A stretch of 11,311 nt of DNA from assembly GCA_043732185.1 (NCBI GenBank), contig JAYTHY010000076.1, positions 1-11,311 on the forward strand. Direction: 5' to 3'. The DNA is from Fibrobacteria bacterium. GTDB taxonomy: Bacteria > Fibrobacterota > Fibrobacteria > UBA11236. The notes below the pieces were generated by a model. That model saw nothing but the letters and a program-made list of their open reading frames with translations. It did no database searches and had not been told where the DNA came from. Position numbers and translations under genes: made by a program. Each line of letters begins with the position of its first letter. The first letter of the stretch is position 1. Shown in pieces: positions 7,344 through 11,311 of the stretch.

Positions 7344-9976
7344 GGTTCTTTCCCTTCCACGAGGACGGAAACGGCTTCCGACTGAAGATTGTCCACCCGG
7401 ATGCGATAATAGTATACAGCACCAACGTCTACGTTTTCATCCACAAATTTCCTTTCCGGGGTTCTCCCGATTTCCACAAATCCCTGCGTGGAATCCAGGG
7501 TTGACCGCATAACCCGATAATCTCCAGAACCCGTATGACGCCATTTGAGGTGAACTTCAGGTTCTTTGTCCTTAGATTTTTTCTCCTTGGCCTCCAAATG
7601 CATGACCACGGTTTGGATAAGGCTGATGGTGATTTGCAGTGGTTTAGGGGTTTCCACGTTTCCGGCAACGTCAGTTCCGAAAAACTCAATCTGGTAAACC
7701 CCAGCGGCTGATAGCGTGAGAGGACTGGAGGCCGCAACGCCATTGACCAAAAGGGAAAAGGCAGCGACACCCGAAAGCGCATCGACGCTCTGGAAATTGA
7801 TGGTCACGGAGCCATTTTCCGTGCCTGTGCCCGTGTAATCGTGAGAGGAAACAGGCGGAGTGAAATCATTGTGGATGAGGAGGGTATGGACCGGTTCCAC
7901 ATTGCCCGCCTTGTCCGTTGACCAAAATTCCACGGTGTGTTCGCCTTCTTCAGTCAGCGTGATCGCAGTGGTATCCTTGGCGTCACCACCATCCACTTTT
8001 ACGAATGTCTGGGCAACCCCAGAACCGGTGTCGGTAGCGGAAAAGTGGATGACCAACGGATTGATTCGATTCCAGGGTGCTTCCACGAAATCCGAGACCG
8101 TAACAGGTGGGATAACATCGTTCTCGTTGTTTTTATAGTTGACCGCTACCGGGTCGATTTGGCCTTCCACGGTATTCCCATGGATCAACTGGGTAGTTTC
8201 GGTTCCAAAGGCGTCGATCTTGATGATTTCCAGAGTATAGGGGCCGGATCCCGTTCCCACAATTTGGATTTGGAATTCTCCCTGCACCGGCTGGTTGATG
8301 TGGATGTATTTCACGGGGTCAGGATCCGGAGGTACGGGAAAGTCTGGAAGAGTGGTGAAAGAGGCTTCGCCCAAGGTGGCCGTTACATCGGGTATTTCAT
8401 CATAGGATATGCCATCGGCGGGATTCAGTCCCCTCCTTCTTCCCAGTGGGTCCACGATAAAGGCCTGTGCCGGAGAAAAAATCTGGAGGACAAGGCCGTT
8501 GGTTTTAGACTTGTCAGTTGGCGCCATGAACATGGCGTAAGAGAATTTGTTGTCCCAATCGATTTGTTTATTGATATCACCAATTTCACCATTCACCATA
8601 GCAAAATTATTTGCATATCCGACGTCGTTGATAAAGTAGGTTTTGACCCATTTGTTCTCGCGCTTCTTGAAATAGGTTTCGATTCCATTGGCCACCACAA
8701 AGTGGGTATGGTCAAACACCTTCAAAAGCACCGGGATTTTCCGAGCGAGATAATCTTCAATCAGGCTGGCATCGATCTGTGAAGCCTTGAATTCCAACTT
8801 GGTATTGCCGGAAAGACCATTGGTTCCTTTCAGCAGTTCAGGAAGATTGTAGGAAGGGAAGCAGACTTGGGTTCCGGGATCATCGGAACAGGTCCTGAAC
8901 AGATTCTTCTTTTTCACGTACCGGGCCAAAGTCAGGGGCGTGAGGTTTACCAATGCCGTTGAATTTTCCGCCTCTACTTTTGTGGCGCCCTGGGCATGCA
9001 TGATTGATGCCCAAGAAGTCATCCAACAGCCTTTTTGGATAAAGGCATAGCCCGCGACATCGTCCGGATTGATAACGTCATCAAACCAAGGAGCAAAGGT
9101 AGGGCCGGCGGCCTGGCTATACCATGGCCCATTTAAATCAAAGGGTTTTTCCGGGGTGTACGAACCAAAATTGAAATCGGTGGTGATGGCAATCCCGTGC
9201 AGGCGAATGCCGCCATTGACCGTGGCAGTGGTTCCCCCAGCCAAGGGCACAATCGTCTTGAGTCGTGGTACGCTGACCCGGACCTTGTTTACGCGCAGCT
9301 TCAATTCATCGGCGGTGAACCGGATAAATTGCAGATCCATAAACGGCTGCGTGCCGCCACGCAGGGAAAAGGCGCTGACCGGAGGATCGATCAAAGCCCG
9401 CACCGGCACGCTCCCCAACGTGCTGAACCGGAACGAGCGAACATAGTCGAGGATCGAAATCTTGCGGGTCACCTGAACCGGAGCGCCGGAACCAAGGGGA
9501 TCAGAAAGGGTAACATCAATGATAATGGAATCCTTGCCCGACGCGAACTTGGTGGAGTCGTAAAGGTTAAACGCTTCCATAAGAAAAACGATATCGGTCA
9601 TGTGCACGGCAGGGAAGCTCGATGGGAATTGAAACTCAGCGAATGCCAGCGTATCATCCGAGTTGGTCCGCAGGTTGAGGGCGTTCGAGGTGTGGGACTT
9701 CACACGAACAACTTGGATTGAAAGGCTATCTCCCCCGGACCCGCCTTGATGAAGGGTGTCTCCTTCCAGAATCAAAGCCGCGTTGAATTCACTTGGGTAC
9801 TGCGATGAAAAGTCCACGAATGCGGAGCCCCGGGAAGCAGATAATTGCGTGGCGAAGTCGTAGCTTGCGTTTAGGTCCTCATGAAAATTCGGATTGTGCG
9901 GTGTTTCCGGCACTTGGCCAATGGCCAAAGCAAGGGGTAAAAGAAGGCCAAAGCAGAAGACGGGCGGGAATTTCAT
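7310..9976 (-). CDS. Secreted C39-like (papain-fold) cysteine peptidase domain protein with two OmpL47-type Ig-like repeats and a C-terminal fibronectin type III domain
   Basis: Signal peptide MKFPPVFCFGLLLPLALA; GGAG upstream of ATG. Triad-like motifs IQKGCWMTS (9014-9040), HFVVANG (8684-8704) and INDVG (8618-8632). Two DxxPPV...SxTD..SGV...GxHTVEFWSTDxAGNVE-type repeats. FnIII-like VHLKW...YRVMRS...FVDENV..GAVYYYRI. Confidence 0.85.
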   Translation of the reverse strand: MKFPPVFCFGLLLPLALAIGQVPETPHNPNFHEDLNASYDFATQLSASRGSAFVDFSSQYPSEFNAALILEGDTLHQGGSGGDSLSIQVVRVKSHTSNALNLRTNSDDTLAFAEFQFPSSFPAVHMTDIVFLMEAFNLYDSTKFASGKDSIIIDVTLSDPLGSGAPVQVTRKISILDYVRSFRFSTLGSVPVRALIDPPVSAFSLRGGTQPFMDLQFIRFTADELKLRVNKVRVSVPRLKTIVPLAGGTTATVNGGIRLHGIAITTDFNFGSYTPEKPFDLNGPWYSQAAGPTFAPWFDDVINPDDVAGYAFIQKGCWMTSWASIMHAQGATKVEAENSTALVNLTPLTLARYVKKKNLFRTCSDDPGTQVCFPSYNLPELLKGTNGLSGNTKLEFKASQIDASLIEDYLARKIPVLLKVFDHTHFVVANGIETYFKKRENKWVKTYFINDVGYANNFAMVNGEIGDINKQIDWDNKFSYAMFMAPTDKSKTNGLVLQIFSPAQAFIVDPLGRRRGLNPADGISYDEIPDVTATLGEASFTTLPDFPVPPDPDPVKYIHINQPVQGEFQIQIVGTGSGPYTLEIIKIDAFGTETTQLIHGNTVEGQIDPVAVNYKNNENDVIPPVTVSDFVEAPWNRINPLVIHFSATDTGSGVAQTFVKVDGGDAKDTTAITLTEEGEHTVEFWSTDKAGNVEPVHTLLIHNDFTPPVSSHDYTGTGTENGSVTINFQSVDALSGVAAFSLLVNGVAASSPLTLSAAGVYQIEFFGTDVAGNVETPKPLQITISLIQTVVMHLEAKEKKSKDKEPEVHLKWRHTGSGDYRVMRSTLDSTQGFVEIGRTPERKFVDENVDVGAVYYYRIRVDNLQSEAVSVLVEGKEPCSKGSKKGRK

Positions 9977-9991
9977 TTTTCTACTCCGGAT

Positions 9992-10789
9992 TTATGGGTT
10001 TCCAAGGATCTTCAAGGGGGTTTTCTTTGAAATGTATCCACGAATGGGATATTTGCGGCCCCCCTGGGAGGCGAACTGCCCTTTGACTTCACCCCCTCGT
10101 GACGGCGTCAGGATCGCCTCCCATGCCCCTGCGCGGAGCAGAGTGGACGGCAAAATCACTACCAATTCGGAACCCTCGACTGATATATAGTCTGAGCAGC
10201 CTTGCACGGCGGGATGCTTACCCCTCTTGGCTGAAAAAGAGCAAATATCCTTCCCTTGGGATCTTATCCTCCCCTTGAAGGATTGGTCGGAGTCCAACGT
10301 AATCCCCACCTCCAGAGGCTTTCGGAGGGAAATGCCCCACCAGAAATCCGCTCGATACTCGTTTTGTTTCAACGGAGAGGGATAAGGAGGTTCCTTGCCG
10401 ACCTGCACGATGCTGTCGCCATTGAGATCCACAGCAAAAAGCAAGGGATTGTTCTCACGGGTGGAAACGTAAATTTCGTGATCGGGTACGAAGTACTCAA
10501 GCGAATCTTTGACCTCGAATGACGACCTGAGAGTTCGTAAATCCGGGGCATAGGCAGCGTGCTCGTTGAAGTAGAGATCTTCCAGCGTCAGAATGGCGCT
10601 GAATGTCTCATTCAGTTTTGGAGGAAGATATATTTTGGTCGATTCGGAAAAGGCAAGATTCAAAGCCAGAAAAATAAGTAAGGCACTTTTTTGAATTGAG
10701 TCGCGCAATTTGTTTGCTCTTGTTGCGAGTTGAGGCCTAAATTTACGAAGAAATCTGCAAAAAAGCATTGTAAAAATGGTCCTTTCCAC
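9992..10789 (-). CDS. Hypothetical exported protein; start codon uncertain
   Basis: 265-aa ORF with signal-like ALLIFLALNLAFS-E. Stop lies 15 nt before the start of the peptidase gene, consistent with an operon. Confidence 0.65.
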   Translation of the reverse strand: MERTIFTMLFCRFLRKFRPQLATRANKLRDSIQKSALLIFLALNLAFSESTKIYLPPKLNETFSAILTLEDLYFNEHAAYAPDLRTLRSSFEVKDSLEYFVPDHEIYVSTRENNPLLFAVDLNGDSIVQVGKEPPYPSPLKQNEYRADFWWGISLRKPLEVGITLDSDQSFKGRIRSQGKDICSFSAKRGKHPAVQGCSDYISVEGSELVVILPSTLLRAGAWEAILTPSRGGEVKGQFASQGGRKYPIRGYISKKTPLKILGNP

Positions 10790-10932
10790 GCTGAAGGACC
10801 ATAAGAAAATAATTGGCTTGAACCCGAATTCCTCAAAAATTCATCAAGTCGACCTCGGCGTCTTACAAGCTACCGCGACGGGCAGAAAAGCAAACCCCGA
10901 GCCCGTCAGTAAGTTGCCGAGGCAATGGGACC

Positions 10933-10958
10933 GAACGTATTTCGAGAACGTATTTCGA
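10933..10958. repeat. Perfect 13-bp tandem duplication, possible operator
   Basis: GAACGTATTTCGA x2, about 145 nt upstream of the first gene of block 1. Confidence 0.6.
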
Positions 10959-11036
10959 TATTGGTTTTTCCTGATGGAAATTTGAAAAACCTGTTATTGA
11001 AATCCTATCCCTTCACGGCGTAAGCCGCCTTTGCAA

Positions 11037-11070
11037 GGCGCCGCAACTGCGGCGCCAATTTTTCTCTTTT
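11037..11070 (+). terminator. Intrinsic terminator-like hairpin, antisense to the genes
   Basis: GGCGCCGCA-ac-TGCGGCGCC perfect inverted repeat followed by AATTTTTCTCTTTT on the + strand. Confidence 0.4.
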
Positions 11071-11184
11071 CCGTTCTTGATTTTCTTCTCTTTCCAGTGC
11101 GCCTCTTCTTCTTCTTCCATTTTCTTTTCTTCTCTTGGGGGGCAGTTTTTGTAATTCTCTTTCTTCTCTTGTGTGGGGGCAATT

Positions 11185-11311
11185 GCATGCAACGTTGGCC
11201 CAGCCAGAAGTGGCCTGGGAAGGCATGCGCGATTAGTGAGGATGCGCGCGGAGTGGGGAGTACCGACCCCGGAGCGCGCACCCGCAACTAGCAATGAAAA
11301 CAAGCTGAGGT
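11185..11311 (-). repeat. Long attC-like hairpin element A (3' part only; continues beyond the window)
   Basis: Colinear homolog of 6236-6378. Shared + strand blocks CAACGTTRGCC, GAAGTGGCCTGGGAAGGC, GCGGAGTGGGGAGTRCCGACCCCGGAGCG, CACCCGCA and GCAATGAA..AAGCTG. Ends on the minus strand in GTTGCATGC. Confidence 0.8.

Larger units (their letters stand above)
6239..11192 (-). mobile_element. Putative large integron-like gene cassette 1 (4954 bp, three genes plus element B)
   Basis: Begins after G^TTGCATGC (11193/11192). Its terminal hairpin starts with the exact complement GCATGCAAC (6523-6515). Boundaries assume a G^TT crossover. Confidence 0.6.

Noticed and set aside
7937..8782. 281-aa plus-strand ORF and other antisense ORFs within the large genes
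   Set aside because: Antisense shadows of well-supported domain-containing genes.
10870..10922. c-di-GMP-I riboswitch (GCAAAC...GTTGCCGA)
   Set aside because: The GAAA-loop hairpin and GACGCAAA core are missing, and the orientation is antisense to the downstream gene.
10932..10958. LexA/SOS box
   Set aside because: CGAACGTATTTCG is one base short of CGAAC-N4-GTTCG, and the GAAC spacing is N9 rather than N7.
10994..11303. K/R/E-rich and F-rich ORFs
   Set aside because: These are translations of the purine/pyrimidine tract and element A. Similarity to ORFs at 6114-6365 reflects the DNA repeat only.

Overview
All six credible genes lie on the minus strand in two blocks of exported or surface proteins. 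Block 1 (10789->6744) encodes an exported hypothetical protein, an 888-aa secreted C39-like cysteine peptidase with Ig-like and FnIII domains, and an overlapping 199-aa protein. Block 2 (5131->100) encodes an 837-aa secreted beta-solenoid plus clan GH-A glycoside hydrolase-like protein, an overlapping LRR lipoprotein, and a 14-blade Asp-box beta-propeller with a T9SS-like tail, which suggests an FCB-group host (inference). The main signal is non-coding. Three related, long (255-293 nt where complete), branched hairpin elements bounded by ...CAAC/GTTG... boxes lie at 5626-5880, 6231-6523 and 11185->window edge. The end boxes of each element do not match each other. Instead each matches the facing box of the neighbouring element over 9/9 nt (GTTGCATGC/GCATGCAAC; GTTGTCCGA/TCGGACAAC), as in an integron cassette array. 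This delimits a ~4.95-kb three-gene unit and a 605-bp ORF-less unit. In both, the ends keep pairing well beyond the core box, and both carry a shared ~80-nt structured motif near their 3' end. No integrase is visible in the window, so the cassette interpretation is an inference.
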